Assembly (NCBI RefSeq): GCF_006345805.1
Contig: NC_042998.1
Span: forward strand, 171,306,001-171,370,000
From: Octopus sinensis
Taxonomy: Eukaryota
Length of the DNA: 64,000 nt
Direction: 5' to 3'
Part shown: one piece after another, positions 50,216-63,560 of the stretch
How the letters are laid out: each line of letters starts with the position of its first letter
Position numbering within the stretch: position 1 is the first letter of the stretch
Notes under the pieces: generated by a model
What the model was told of the DNA's origin: nothing
Seen by the model: only the letters and a program-made list of their open reading frames with translations
Databases searched by the model: none
Translations under genes and position numbers: made by a program

Positions 50216-53200
50216 AGTCTCTTTGATATCAAACTATACAGTTGTGATTCTTTGAAATTCTCTTAGGTAGAATGATTCTTAACTATTTAGCCAATGCAAG
50301 TAAAGGATTTGATCTAATTTTCTTTGTCTTTTTTGGTCAACAACTGAATGGAGAAAATATCCCCGATTGTTTCCCCACCTATTTCCGAAAAATATTTTCC
50401 TTTTTGGAACTGGCGGATGGGTTGACATTTCTGAAAATATAGCAACGTTACTCTTGTTTATAATCCTCATTTCAGTCATGGTTCTGCAATCATATGATCA
50501 AAAGTGTTTCCTGCCGTGGTCATCTCACCATTTTCAAGGATAGTGTACGTAGGACTACATTATTTAATGTTTTTAAATAATCATGAAGAGATTACATCGT
50601 TGACTTGTCATGCATTACACTATTATACATGTTTCACTGTTATTGAGTATACATTAATCGTACTACTACAGAGGGAAGTAATATATTATATCATCACTAT
50701 CATGTTTAACACCATTGTTCTGCTACACCAAAGATAGTATTTCGCTGTAATTGTAGCACTATTGTAAATTTTGTATCACTATTCTGCTATTCTCATCAGG
50801 TCTATCATCTCCATGATCGATTTCTATAAAAAAGTTTTCATTTTGTCTTCTTCGTATTTTTCTTGTGTGAGAGAAGTATTCGAACTCAACAACTGAATTC
50901 ATCTAAATATTAATATTTTTCCAAAAGCCATTCATCAATATTCAGTTCAGGTCTCCCTGAAGCTTAGCAGATGTTTATTTCTTCTATGACAGAACATTGT
51001 AGCAAGTAAATTTCATCGTTAATTCAACTACTCATTCCCCTCAGATAAGTTAGCTGAAACCACGAAGAAATACTTATTCAACATAGAAACATAGTAAACC
51101 ACCTGGAGTAGTGTTCAACCCACTCCTCATGATCTTGTTCAATATCATACCCGCTTTGATATTTCATTTCCATCTAACCTGTTAAACCATTCATTTCCTG
51201 TTGGTCGGCACTTATTCCTTCTCCGGTTGTTCTATTTTTATTCTATTGATACGCATGTGAGGAGGAAAAATAAATATATACAATGCTGCGCCGATGGGAG
51301 AACGCGGCATAAATCTTCTTTCGATATGGAAACTATTTGGCCAATGCAAGTAAGGGATTTGATCTAATTTTTTTTTTGTCTTTTTTGGTCAACAACTGAA
51401 TGGAGAAAATATCACCGATTGTTTCCTCCCCATTTGCGAAAAATATTTTCCTATTTGGAAAATATCCAATCGGCCATTACGAATCCAACTTTCCTCATGA
51501 AATTGTCAATAAGAATTGTTCGGTCGAAAACTGTTTTGTTACATAATTATATTCAACACAACTATAGTAGCAATTAGTAAAACGACACACCCTCTTTGTT
51601 TTTACAGACATCAATAATGACGTTTTGCTATAATAAAATGGTTTCTATTTGATGTTTTTGTGATGTTTGTTTTACGCCAATAAAAACGTCATTGGGTACA
51701 ATAATATGAAAATTAAATAATTTTAAATGAAAAAAACAACAACAGAAAAACAAAAACAATCAAACAATTCGTTCCATTTTTAGTTTTCTCGGTTCACAAT
51801 TTTCTGTTGCTAGATTTTGGTGTTTCCCTTTTACTCTCTATTCATTAAATAAATTTAGAAAAAAATTCTTTCAGAGTAGACGTTTCTGTAGTTATCGATG
51901 ATATACTTTCAATCAATCACCGCTGTTGACAATAAAATAAACATCTTTCAACACAAGCGTCCTCTAATTAAAATGTTCGAAACTAGAAAGAAAACAAAAT
52001 TACAAAAATTTTCCTACGGTGTTTTCAAACTTTATTTAACAACTAATGATAAAAAGGATAAACGAATATGAAATTCAAAGGAAAACATGAAAGATGCAGA
52101 AAGTATTGAATCATTTTAAATGAAAAACTGTATGTAAATGAATAAATTGTAAACAAGAGTTTTGATCATGAAACCAAAATAAAGCAAATAATTTTTCTGT
52201 ACTTTTCGAGACTTTATGGCTACATATAAATCCAAATTTAAAGGACAATATTAAATCTATTTATTTGCACTATGTCACATCACCTACTACCAGTTTCTTG
52301 TGCTAAAGATATACAAAACGCCATCAGTTCCGTCTTATTCGTGTCTCCTATTGATTGTCTTTTTACATGCTTTACTCAGGAGCTGGTATAGTCAATAGAA
52401 TTGGTCTCATATTATTAGTATGTTTTATTAAAAGAGTGGACCCAACAAATCCTTCTTGTGTTGTTCGAGAACACGTCATGGCAAACGGCTTTACCATATT
52501 CTCCTGAACAGGAAGCCTAACGACTTATCTAGACATTATTGTTTATTTCATTTACCCCAGAGTTTTGGGGGATAAAATATATGAATTCTAGGATTACCAG
52601 ACACTTTCATACTGTAAATTTTAGAACAATTTTTAAATCGATAAAATCTTTCCTTGTTAGCCTTTAAAGCGTGAAGACTATGGGATTTCTCATATTTCGT
52701 TAAATTACTTACCACTGTCCTGAATTATAGCACATCCAAAGAGCGTATTTTTTTATATCTGCAAAATACAACTCAACAAGTTCTCCACTTTTTTTACATT
52801 GTCTCACTTTGCGAACAATTATTTTTTTTCTGGAAGATAACATTTATCATTTCTCTGTGTGTGCCCACCTCTCCCACGTTTTCTTTTTAATTCTTCTTCT
52901 TTTCTTAGACTCAACAGCTGCTGCTGAAGTCAAGCCAATCTTGCTTTAAACGTTCTTTTCTTTTTCTCAGCGAGAACGATGCCGAGTTTACTCGTTCAGT
53001 TTGTATTCTAACAGAAGTAATGAGCTTTCTTCCATTTACCTCGTTACCTTTTCCCTTCTTCTGCCTTTTTGTTACCAGCTTTCACTGACACTTTTTCTTT
53101 TCTACTCTCTCACGTCATCTGTTTAATCTTACTTCTATCCTTGCACTCTGCTACTGCACCAATCCCATCACGCCTTTCCTTCAATCTGTCTTTTTCCCCG

Positions 53201-53926
53201 TCGGCATTTGTTTTAATTCTAGTTAGTATCTACTTTGATTCCTGTCCTTTTAACTTGTATTCCGAGGAAAATCATATTTCTATTTTTTTTCATTCACGCT
53301 TGCATTTTTCTGTTCCCTTTCTCTGTCCACTCGAAAAATTACAATTTATTTTTGCTGAATAGTTTTACATATAAATGTCTATAATTTTTCGTCTAATATG
53401 TTTTTGGCTGCCATACTTTAGGTTTTTTTCTATGCATTGCGCACTACCCCAGCGATGTGTATAAACACTGCTGCATCTACAATAGTACAATTGGATTAAG
53501 TCTTCATAGTTTAAACGCGCCAAAACTACGCTGATTCAGGACCTAAAAACTGACTAGAGCTTTTCCATGTTTAATTGTGTTTTTAATCCATATAATTTCA
53601 CTTTGATTTTTTATACTACTACATATTACAGTAAATTTGTGGTTGGTGCATATATAATACATACATACATGCATACATACATATGCACTCAAATACACAT
53701 GCATATATTGATATTATTTAGTCTATAACGAAGTTGACTTATTCTTAAAGGCGTTCCAGTTGTCAGCATCCAATCTTATTTTTAAACTCCTTGTGTCTAG
53801 GAAAATACGCCCCGATGTATCTTTTCGGATTTTGAGATAGCAGCATGAAATTTGAAGGATATTTGGTTACTATTTCTAACTGGAAAAACAACCTCGTAGA
53901 ACCTCCCTCCTTATATTCTATACGTA

Positions 53927-54803
53927 CAGAGTGCGATGGGTAAATTGTCAATATTTTATATTTTTAATTTCGTTCATGCACATACCTTGTTTTTTATTTT
54001 GTCGACTACACAGTAGAGTAGGGTTACTTGGGCACCGTCTGTGACAAAAACAGCTCCATGACGCAGTTCACTCTACCAGAAATTTGGAAACGACATGCTG
54101 TACTGCTTGGTATTCGCGCCGGAAGCTCCAACACGAACATTTCAGAATGTTTGGGTGTCAGTCTGAAGATATTGCATGTACCGAGAGTGATAAAAATCAA
54201 ACATCCAGTCAACATCATGGTGTTTGGAGTGATCACTACTGATGGCGACGTTATGCCTCCATTCATTTTCCCACACGGCCTTAGACTCAACACGGAGGCC
54301 TTCATTAAGTGCCTGCAGGAGGTAGTGCTGCCCTGGGTCAAGAGGGTGGCTGCTGGAAGGCTCTATGTCTGGCAGCAAGACTCTGCACCATGTCACACAT
54401 GCAGGAGAACCCAGTCATGGCTGTCAGACAATTTCTGCGACCACACCACCCCTAACAACTGGCCACCTGATTCCCAAACTGCAACCCCCTCCATTAATAT
54501 GTGTGGGGCGCAGTTGAGCGAGAACCCAACAAAATAAAAACTCCTTTTAACACTAAAGATGAACTGAAGGCAAGGATTATGGCAGCATTCACTAACTTGA
54601 ATAAGGAAACCGTTCAGAAGAGTTGCAGGAGATTCCAAAGTCGTCTGGAGGTTGTGATTGACGCCAATGACGATTTTATTGAATACATTTACTCTTTAGT
54701 ATTTCAAGATACTTTAATGTAATTTTGGTAAATATATCTGTTAAAATGAGATGTCAGTGTCATTTCTGCATAATTTAGACGATAGTTTATTCACCGCACC
54801 CTG
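53927..54803 (+). mobile_element. Internally deleted Tc1/mariner relic (DD37D/maT-like)
   Basis: TA-CAGAGTGCGATGGGTAAA / TTTATTCACCGCACCCTG-TA. Motifs KHPVNIMVFGVI, YVWQQDSAPCH, NWPPDS, RFQSRLEVVIDANDDFIE. Confidence 0.92.
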
Positions 54804-55677
54804 TACATGTACACATGTACAAATATAATCTAAATATGCCACATAACTCTTTGCATGCCATGTGAATTTACAAATATAGAGAAAATATAATCAATAAATG
54901 TACATTGGCTAATAACGCACACATGTGCATGTATGTTTGCTTGTATATTCGTTTGTTTGTATGTATCAGTATGTATGAATGTAATGTGTGTGTGTGTGTA
55001 TGGTGTGCCGTGTCAGTTTCATAAGAGTATTGCGATATAGAAGGTCCATCAAAGCCTTAGCCTTCAAGTAGCATATATGAAAAGAGTCACCTTGGCGGAC
55101 TCCATCAAAATGGAGCGTAAAGATCCTTGATTAAGGAGAAAAAAACAACTCGTGTATTCGTATAATCGAACTGATTTGAGGAAGAGGCCACAACTTAAGT
55201 ACATTGCTCAATCACTTTGATTCTAAAGCTGTCAAATGCTAATTGAACCACTGCTTGTTACCTCTGCTCTGTCTACTCTTTCACTTGTCAAAGGCTGATG
55301 CCAGTTTAGTTGACATATTCAATAAAAAAAATCTTATTCACCACCTGACTAAAAATTGAACGATAATTCAAAAAGAATTTCAGGAATACGCTCGGCAATA
55401 TTTGTTAAACACACACAATACATACACACAGATGCACGTATATATTCCATTTGATAAATAAAATATAATCCAGTACCTCTATAAATTACTATATTTTTGC
55501 AATATTTCATTTGTAGAATTAAGACAACCTTGCCGCCACCGCGCCTGTCTTGCCACCTGAACACCTAAACCAGCAACATCGCCACCATTAACACCATCAC
55601 CTCCATAATAAGAAATGTAGAAGCAATTTAGTACATTCAACTGTCACTTCCAAGCCACTATGGCTTGGTGACATGTA

Positions 55678-56084
55678 AGGCGGCGAGCTGGCAGAAACGT
55701 TAGCGCGCCGGGCGAAATGCTTAGCAGTATTTCGTCTGCCGTTACGTTCTGAGTTCAAATTCCGCCGAGGTCGACTTTGCCTTTCATCCTTTTGGGGTCG
55801 ATAAGTTAAGTACTAGTTACGCACTAGGGTCGATATAATCGACTTGTCTGTCCTTGTTTGTCCTCTCTGTGTTTAGCCCCTTGTGGGTAGTAAAGAAACA
55901 GGTATTTCGTCTGTCGTTACGTTCTGAGTTTAAATTCCGCCGAGGTCGACTTTGCCTTTCATCCTTTCGGGGTCGATAAATAAAGTACCAGTTTCGCACA
56001 GGGGTCGATGTAATTGACTTAATTCCTTTGTCTGTCCTTGTTTGTCCTCTCTATGTTTAGCCTCTTGTGGGCAATAAAGAAATA
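55678..56084 (+). mobile_element. Family A SINE, dimeric (one head, two body+tail units) within one 19-bp TSD
   Basis: TSD TATGGCTTGGTGACATGTA at 55659-55677 and 56085-56103. Young, near-consensus copy. Confidence 0.93.
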
Positions 56085-56509
56085 TATGGCTTGGTGACAT
56101 GTACTATAATTTCGTTAATTATTTTGAGCACTTTTTTGGGAGCGAGAAGACATAAATACCTTCTCGATCCCTCACATTTAATTTTGAGAAGCATTCAGGA
56201 CAAGACACCTGAGGCGAAAGAAGGCTGTACAATCATCCTGTTGGTACTCATTAGAGCTGAGAGAATGGAGCAATGTGAAATCAAGTGCTATGTGGAAGAT
56301 TACAGCTCATTTGCCGCTCCATGTAATTGAACTTACGTCTTTATGGCCACGAGCCGAGCATCCTAATTGTTAGTCCAGGTGGCTTCTCACGCAGAAACAA
56401 ATATTGCTACAAATCGAATATAAACTATGAAAGGAAATAACCTTTCCTTCCTTAACCAAAGAATAAAACAAAACCAGTGTATAAAATTAGTAGATCATGA
56501 TAACGGTTT

Positions 56510-56720
56510 GATTTAGGTACAGGACCAACAATTTGCGGGGAGGCGGCGTAGTTGATATCATGGACCCCAGAACTTGATTGGTCTTCTATTTTATCCACCC
56601 CATTGGGGTGGAAGTCGAAGTTAACTACGGCTGATTTGAACTCAGAACGTAAAGAGACGGAAGAAATACTGCAAAGCATTTTCTTCGACGCTCTAACAAC
56701 TTTTTCAGCTAGTTCCCTGA
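56510..56720 (-). mobile_element. Diverged family A SINE
   Basis: GATTTGAACTCAGAACGTAAAGA...GAAATACTGCAAAGCATTT. Confidence 0.75.
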
Positions 56721-57639
56721 GCAGATTATGATAATGCTCTATTATGAAGATATTGCTCAAGGCATTGTTAAAATAAATTGGAAGCAACTAACACATGCGT
56801 ATTTATATAATCAGATTATGGTTATTTATGTACAGAATGTTTTTATTGATTTCTTTAGAGGAGGAACAATGACAGTTGTTTTGGGGGAATACGTGTCGTT
56901 AATTGAATTGTATCAAAAATATTTTATCGATAATCCCCCTCCCCATCCCCAGGATTGTGAAACTTAAAAATTTGAATACACATAAGATAGAAAGATGTAG
57001 AAATACGGTAACAGACACACACTCACACGCGTGCATGAGCATATATAATATGATAAAATATACAATGTGTGTACCATACAGATGACAGGAAAAAGGTGCA
57101 GCACCACCAACGGGAATCGAGACGCCTGTTTGGCGCAAACAAAATTCTACCTCAAAACGACACTAATTCAACTGTCCATATTACACACACACACAAAGTA
57201 AATAGAAAACTGGTTTCGGAGAATCAAGTAAAATGCCCTGTAAACGTTTAAGCAAGTACCGGTCATCAGTTCACGCAGCAGCTAATGTAATTTAACATGT
57301 CCTTGCATCTGGAAATCTATGAAATATTTCCACAAGGAGTACATAATCAGATGTAAAAAGCGAATACAGGTTTATTATTTCCTTATGATTACAGCTGTTT
57401 CGTGCTTTTCTTTATGACACCCAAAATTATATGCGCACATGCACACATCTGTATGCACATTCAGCATTATGTAATACAGTTGTATATTCGAATACAGATT
57501 TGCGATGGAAAAAACTCCTCCCCTGATTATATAACGGAGCACCTTTGGTTCATGTAGAATTTATCTCTACTACATATACAAAATCAATTCTATTTATACG
57601 TGATGTTTGGAAGGCCAAAATCGAAAATGAGTAGAGTAA

Positions 57640-58070
57640 CTATTCTCTCGGTTTTCCAATTCTGTCGAGTCCTCGTAGCTTGTGACATATTATCTCGTGC
57701 TTTTCAAAAGCCTTTTCAAAATTGAGGTATTTCACATCCACGTTTGATGTAAAAATCATGTAAAAGATATTAAAAGAGATTAGTAAAATTATATTCTTTT
57801 CAGAAGAATATCCCTTTAAATACATCATATAACAGCCCAATTGGAAACATTGTTAATTCTCCAGGAAAGCTGAAGATACATCCGAAAATGTTAATTTTTG
57901 TCACTCATTAAGATAAAATCAAAAATGGCAAGACACGATTGAAAACACGTCAATCAACATTTATGGAATCACCTCAAAAATAAAGAATGGAAACGGTCAA
58001 GAGATAAAGTGAACCAAAAGCGAAAGGAAGATATACTGGGGTGGAAAGGAGATAAGCCAACTTTAGACAG
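57640..58070. mobile_element. CR1-like LINE scraps
   Basis: Minus strand VDVKYLNFEKAFEK...KL...IGK (cf. VDVIYLDFxKAFDK). The adjacent plus-strand part is only weakly LINE-like. Confidence 0.55.
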
Positions 58071-58319
58071 ATATAAAGATCAAAAGCAAGAGGAACTTAA
58101 TTCACATATGAATGTTTTCGAAAGCCCTGTCGCCAAACTGTGTATGAGTTCAGCATACTAGCCACACAGGTTCAGCAAACTGTGCACAAGCTCATCAATC
58201 CTATCCATACATAGCACAGCCAAATATTTCTACAGAAACCAGAACTATTCCACCGCACCCACGCCGCCCACATATACATGTACACCTATACTCATATTTA
58301 TCCCACTATAGATTATACG

Positions 58320-58360
58320 CAAACGCACATACACAAACACACACACACATACATACATAC

Positions 58361-58408
<48 letters not shown>

Positions 58409-58422
58409 CACACATACACACA

Positions 58423-58462
<40 letters not shown>

Positions 58463-58510
58463 CATACACACATACACACTCATACATACACACATGCACA
58501 CATACGCGTG
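58320..58510. repeat. (CA)n/(TA)n compound microsatellite
   Basis: Direct reading. Confidence 0.9.
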
Positions 58511-58619
58511 CGCGCGAGCAGAAGTAGGCGAAGTCTCTGTTTCACAAATAACACGGCGCTCATCCATAATGTTTATGTGGCATCAAGGATTTTCTCGGAA
58601 CATAACTTGGTAAAACTAA

Positions 58620-59525
58620 CAATGTAATATCCGAGAAAATCTATAGACACGCAGTCTACTAGAAGCACCTGACTCCTTCCCAGCATCAATGTTCATAAAG
58701 CTAATTGCAAAAGCATTCAGAAAGAAACTCTGGGGGATAAAATGGTTTGCCAGTGTCTCTACGTAGGTTATTGATATAAACCTACAACATTTTAAAGCTA
58801 TCATGCAAGACATATGCAGTAAGTTTGCTCCAGAGAAAATGTCAAACGGACAGAAAAACAATTTCCAGAGATAGAAAAATTCTAATGAGATGGAGATCAA
58901 GTATCTCAAATCATCTAAATGAGCCATCAAAGGATGGTGAAAAATCCCATCTCACACGAGCACTGGTTGAAATTGAAACTGAACTGAAACATTCCCATGG
59001 AAAGGAGAGGACAGAAAAAGAAACCAGGGCTGTAAAAATGTAAAGCCTTCAATAGATTTGCAATACAGTATAAGGTAGAGCAACTGTTCGAAGAAAATGG
59101 GTCACTGACTGTGGACCCCCAAAAGATAATTAAATACTAAATGTACAATACAAAAGTGTTTTCACATCTCTGTTGGGATGCTTGTAAATAAATATGCCGG
59201 ACGAATTCTGTGAAGCTACGGCTCTACACAAAGGGATGATTATCGATTACATTAAAACAGAGGAAACTGATGTAATGTCAGCCATTGATGGAATGAACTT
59301 AAACTCAGCCACTACTCCTGATGAATTCCCAGAAATCCTCCTAAAAATGCAAAGGGACCCTATGAAGATCACAGCAGATTTTCTTCCAAATTTTCTTTAC
59401 TATTAGTAGACTTTCAAGAAAATTAAAGGAAGGCATAATATATCCTATTCATAAAGAAGGCCTGTCTCTCTAACCACACATGTCAGCAATGTCATGGAAC
59501 GAATTGTCAAGAGGAAGCTGACCAC
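58620..59525 (+). mobile_element. CR1/L2-group LINE fragment (endonuclease-RT linker to RT start)
   Basis: RDRKILMR, NGSLT.DPQKI, QYKSVFT, NSATTPDEFP..LLK, IYPIHK.G, PVSLTTHVSNVMERIVKR. Confidence 0.8.
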
Positions 59526-60060
59526 GTGGGGGAGGGGCATACAATTCGTGTGTCGGTGGAGGGACGTAGGCCCAGGTGTTTTAAGTGCGGGCAGAAGGGT
59601 CACGTTTGCTCTACTTGCACGAAGAAAAAAAAACTGTTGAGCCCCCCCCCCCAAAAAAAAGAAACGTTGAGAAAAATACAGAGAAAAAGAAACAGGAGAA
59701 CGCAGCACTAACAAAAGAAAATAAAGAAAAACAGCAAAACGAAAAACAGAAGGATGGAAAGAAACAAAATGAAAAACAGAATGAAGAACAAAAGGACGAA
59801 GGAAAAACAATCGAAAGAAATTGAACAAGTAGATATGGATTACACAACAGTTACATACAAACGGAAAAAAGAAAGCACCTCGAACTCTCCTCCCCATGTA
59901 AAAAGAAAAACCATAAATACCAACGAACAACGCCAAAACATTCCCCAATCCCACCCAGCTAGCACTACATTTGTAGGACAGCGTTTCAATAAACCCCACC
60001 CCAAAGCTAAAAGGTTTAAAAAAACCCGACAGGATTGTTTCTTTTAATGCTAAAAACGAA
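59526..60060 (+). mobile_element. LINE ORF1/gag-like fragment with CCHC zinc knuckle (L1/Tx1-like)
   Basis: IRVSVEGRRPRCFKCGQKGHVCSTC (CX2CX4HX4C) followed by a K/E-rich low-complexity tail. Confidence 0.75.
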
Positions 60061-60712
60061 AAGGTGTTATGTTTTATATGTATATATGTATGTATGCATA
60101 TATGCATGTTATGAATGCATATATGTATGTATGAATATATGTATGTGTATATGTATATATCTGCGTACGATTGATCACCTGATGTGACGTTTGAAATTAG
60201 TTGGTGGATCTCTACAGCAAGCCCATCAATCTCACGGAAGAGAGTCGGTGCCTTCACAGTATTAAATTTATTACGATTTTTAAATCTCATCGATAGTAAG
60301 AGAGTCCATTATCTCAAGGATAATATCTTCCTGAAGCTCATTATTTTCATCAATAACCGCGATATTCTAAAAAATATCTGTGAAGTGCTCATTTTTCTCA
60401 TGATATCGCCATGAGGCTTAAAGAACAACGAACTGTCTTTAGATTTGAGTGGTATTACAAATGAAAACTGAGGACTTGTCTGATATGGGAAATAGCGTTT
60501 TCGAATCTTTACAGGGGAAAGCTTTCTCTTTCTCTCCCCCCTCTCTCCCTCTCTCACACACACGTTATACATCGTAATACAAAATACCTGCAACATAGAA
60601 TATAGCTAACTCTTTGGTAATCTTTTGAAAGCTTTTTTGTTGTAGATATTGAAATGATGTGAAAAGAACTTGTTGTTTTCTTAAGTAAACAATAATAATT
60701 GTGAGATCTGTT

Positions 60713-61965
60713 CAGGGTGCGTAAGGTATTTGAGGACATACCTTTTTTGGGTCATTGCTGCATTTTTTGCCAACTCTGTATAATCTTTGTTTCAGAAAAT
60801 AATAATGGCAGACCCTCATCTTACTCAAGAAATGAAGAGGTATGCTGTTATTGTGGTTTTAAAGGTTGAGCAAAGCGGTTTAGAAATATCTCAATTTTTA
60901 AAAGTTACCAGATCTTTCGTCTACAAAGTTCCCAAGGAGACTGAAAATGGAAACGTGTCACCAGTATTAAAGCATGAAAAGCATGCTAAATGTTCTGAAA
61001 TCACCAGAACACTTGAATTTATCCAGCAAGTTCAACAGACGATTGTTTGCAATCTCAGAAAGTCCATGAGGTCGAGTGCAAAAGTTCTCCACGTGTCAGA
61101 AGGAACAGTCAGAAATGTTGTCCACGAAGACATCAGATATAAGTCTTATATGACGAGGAAACGTCAGTTTGTCAGAAAAAGCAAAAGAAAATCACTACAT
61201 CAGATCTAAAAGGTTCTTAAACTGAAAAATCTAGCAGAAGAAGATTTGATTTGGTTTTTCTCAAACGAGAAAAACTTCGACCGAGATCAAAACGTTAACA
61301 GAAGAAATGACAGATGGTTATGTGCAGACCCTTCTGAATTTCCAAGTGTTATGCATAAAAAATTTCCTGCAACTGTCATGGTTTTAGAAGATGTCAGCAA
61401 TGAAGGACATGTGGTGCCTCCTTACCTCTTTCCACAAGGCCTTAGAGTTAACTCTGCTGTCTACGTTGAGGTCCTGGAAACAATTTTAAGCCCTGGATAA
61501 ACAGTGTATGCAATGGAAGGCCATATGTGTTTCAGTAAGAGTCTGCACTATCACACGTGGCTTTAGTAACACAGGAATGGATGGCTGAAATTTTTCATGA
61601 TCACACAACCCCTAACATTTGGCCTCCTAATTCCCCAGATCACAATCCATTGGACTATTACATGCTGAGCGTTGTTGAGAGAGAGGTCAATGAACATGCC
61701 CATAACAGCAAAGATACTTTGAAAGCTGCCATAGTCAGAGTGATGTCCAAAATGAACCAGGACCACTTGATTCGAGCATGTAGATGATTTAGATCTCATA
61801 TAGAAGCAGTTGTTGAAGCTGAAGGTGGCTTTATTGAATAACGTTTTAGATAAGAAGGTTTATTTTTTATCCTCATAGCATTTTTTGATAAAGTTATCAT
61901 CTGTTATTATATATTTGTTTTTTTTTTATAAACATAATTTGTACTCAGATATCTTACGCACCATG
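60713..61965 (+). mobile_element. Near full-length Tc1/mariner relic (DD37D/maT-like)
   Basis: TIRs CAGGGTGCGTAAGGTATTTGAG / CTCAGATATCTTACGCACCATG. Motifs WFFSNEKNF, KFPATVMVL, WPPNSPDHNPLDY, VVEAEGGFIE. Stops and frameshifts. Confidence 0.92.
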
Positions 61966-62859
61966 TTGAAGAGTGTAAAACACTTTCTCACTTTCCCGAG
62001 CGTCAAACTAACACACCTGCTTGTTGTTCATACACCTGTCTTCGTCTTTTGTTTTTCTGTAAATTTCTACTATATATATATATCTACATTTAAAAAGAAA
62101 ATATATATGTGTGTAGTTCAAATGTACAGAAAACAAATGACAAAGACAGGTGAGGGAACTATAAGCAGGTATATTAGTTTCATTATATAAATATATACAT
62201 ATAGTTTGACGATATGTATATATTTATATATACAGTGTTTGTGTGTATGTATTTGTGTGTGTGTGTGTGTGTATGTGTGTGTGTGTGTGTTTGTATCTAA
62301 TACCATTGTAGCTGAGATTGTATGAATATTATTAATAAGAATTTAATTTGATAGACATTAGGTAACATTTTATACAAGAGAAAATAAAATCGATGGAATC
62401 AATATCAATTATGTCGCTGCTCCGTAGGTTATCGATCTTAGAATCGATGGCGAGATGGACCTTAGTCTGTTGCACCAAATTAATTTCAGAACAAGAAAGA
62501 TTGTGAACTACATACTGTATGACATTTAACAATATGACCGAGGGAAAATACAACAGTGTACTAAATACAAATGTAGTCTTACATACATAACATAATGAGC
62601 TTGAAAATTTATTGTAATCACTCTTGTAATTAACAGAAAATGTAACCCCACCTACTTGAAGGGTTTCAAACTCAAAAACAGTAAACAATGCGACTTTTTG
62701 ATAGAAATATTTGGACAACATATATAATGTAAATTAGGGTGGAACTAGGTTTTAAATCCAAACGGTGAAAGCAGTGTTACTAGACCTACTCGGTGAAATA
62801 CTTTCTACTCACATAGGAAGACTATATAAAGTAATTACATACTATACAGCGACTATATA

Positions 62860-63330
62860 GAGTAGTTACATGCTTAAGCCTTTCGCTCCATATGAAGCAT
62901 AGGCCATCGCTATTTTTCTCCACTGTTCCAGATTCTGGGCAGTCTTTTCTGCTACTCACAAGTTGGATTCCTGCTTATTTCGTTCTGGCTATGTATCTCG
63001 TCATCAGCTATTTTTAGGGTATTCTGTTTTCCACTCCCCTTGTGGGTTCCAGATCATATGTTTCCCTGAAGTAAAGACTTTCTCAACCAGATCTTGCAAA
63101 TTAAGTAGACTATTCTTCATTGAGAAGGCCTAATAAAACTAAAATCTGTCCGTTGTTTTCACCAGCTGGTTTTAAAGACGAGAGCTACTTCAATGTACAT
63201 TATCTGCATAGTCCAAGAAGTTTGATCAGCTTTATTTTGCTTGTTGTTTTTAGATTTTCAACATCACTTAAAGTAAGCTTCTGTTTGTTAATTGCTTGGA
63301 ACAATTCTACTTGATTTTTAACAAGCTGTA
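62860..63330 (-). mobile_element. RTE-clade LINE 3' fragment
   Basis: Minus strand WNPQG......PKN (cf. WNPQGKRKRGRPKNTW) and AQN..QWR...AYA remnants. Confidence 0.65.
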
Positions 63331-63374
63331 CTGTACTTATAAGGCCCTATCATACTTAGTGAAACAGACTACGG

Positions 63375-63560
63375 GATTAAGACGAAGCATTGATGCACGC
63401 AATGCTGTGTAGTCAAGAAATTTGTTTCGCAGTCACGATCTCATTGCGCTCAAGTTGGAAAGTACTTTTTGACGGTGGAATTTGATAAATGGGAAATGTG
63501 GAGGTGGAGCATCTATATATATATACACATGTGTGTGTACGTGGATTGGGGCGTAAAATC
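63375..63560 (+). mobile_element. Highly diverged family B SINE fragment
   Basis: GCTGTGTAGTCAAGAAATTTGTTT...GTGGAATTTGATAAATGGGAAATGTGGA resembles the family B head and body. Confidence 0.5.

Noticed and set aside
50830-51460. HECT ubiquitin-ligase pseudogene
   Set aside because: Only a vague resemblance of short peptides across many stops; not supportable without a search.
57385-57470. Minus-strand GAAACAGCUGUA (palindromic stem III half of a hammerhead)
   Set aside because: No matching CUGANGA and stem I found upstream.
60463-60502. GAAAA-CTGAGGA...GAAA...TTTTC
   Set aside because: No valid NUH triplet in register and poor stems II and III. Similar chance cores at ~47818, ~57872 and ~59318 were also rejected.
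62332-62721. 129-aa minus-strand ORF
   Set aside because: No recognisable motif or splice context; consistent with chance or decayed repeat.
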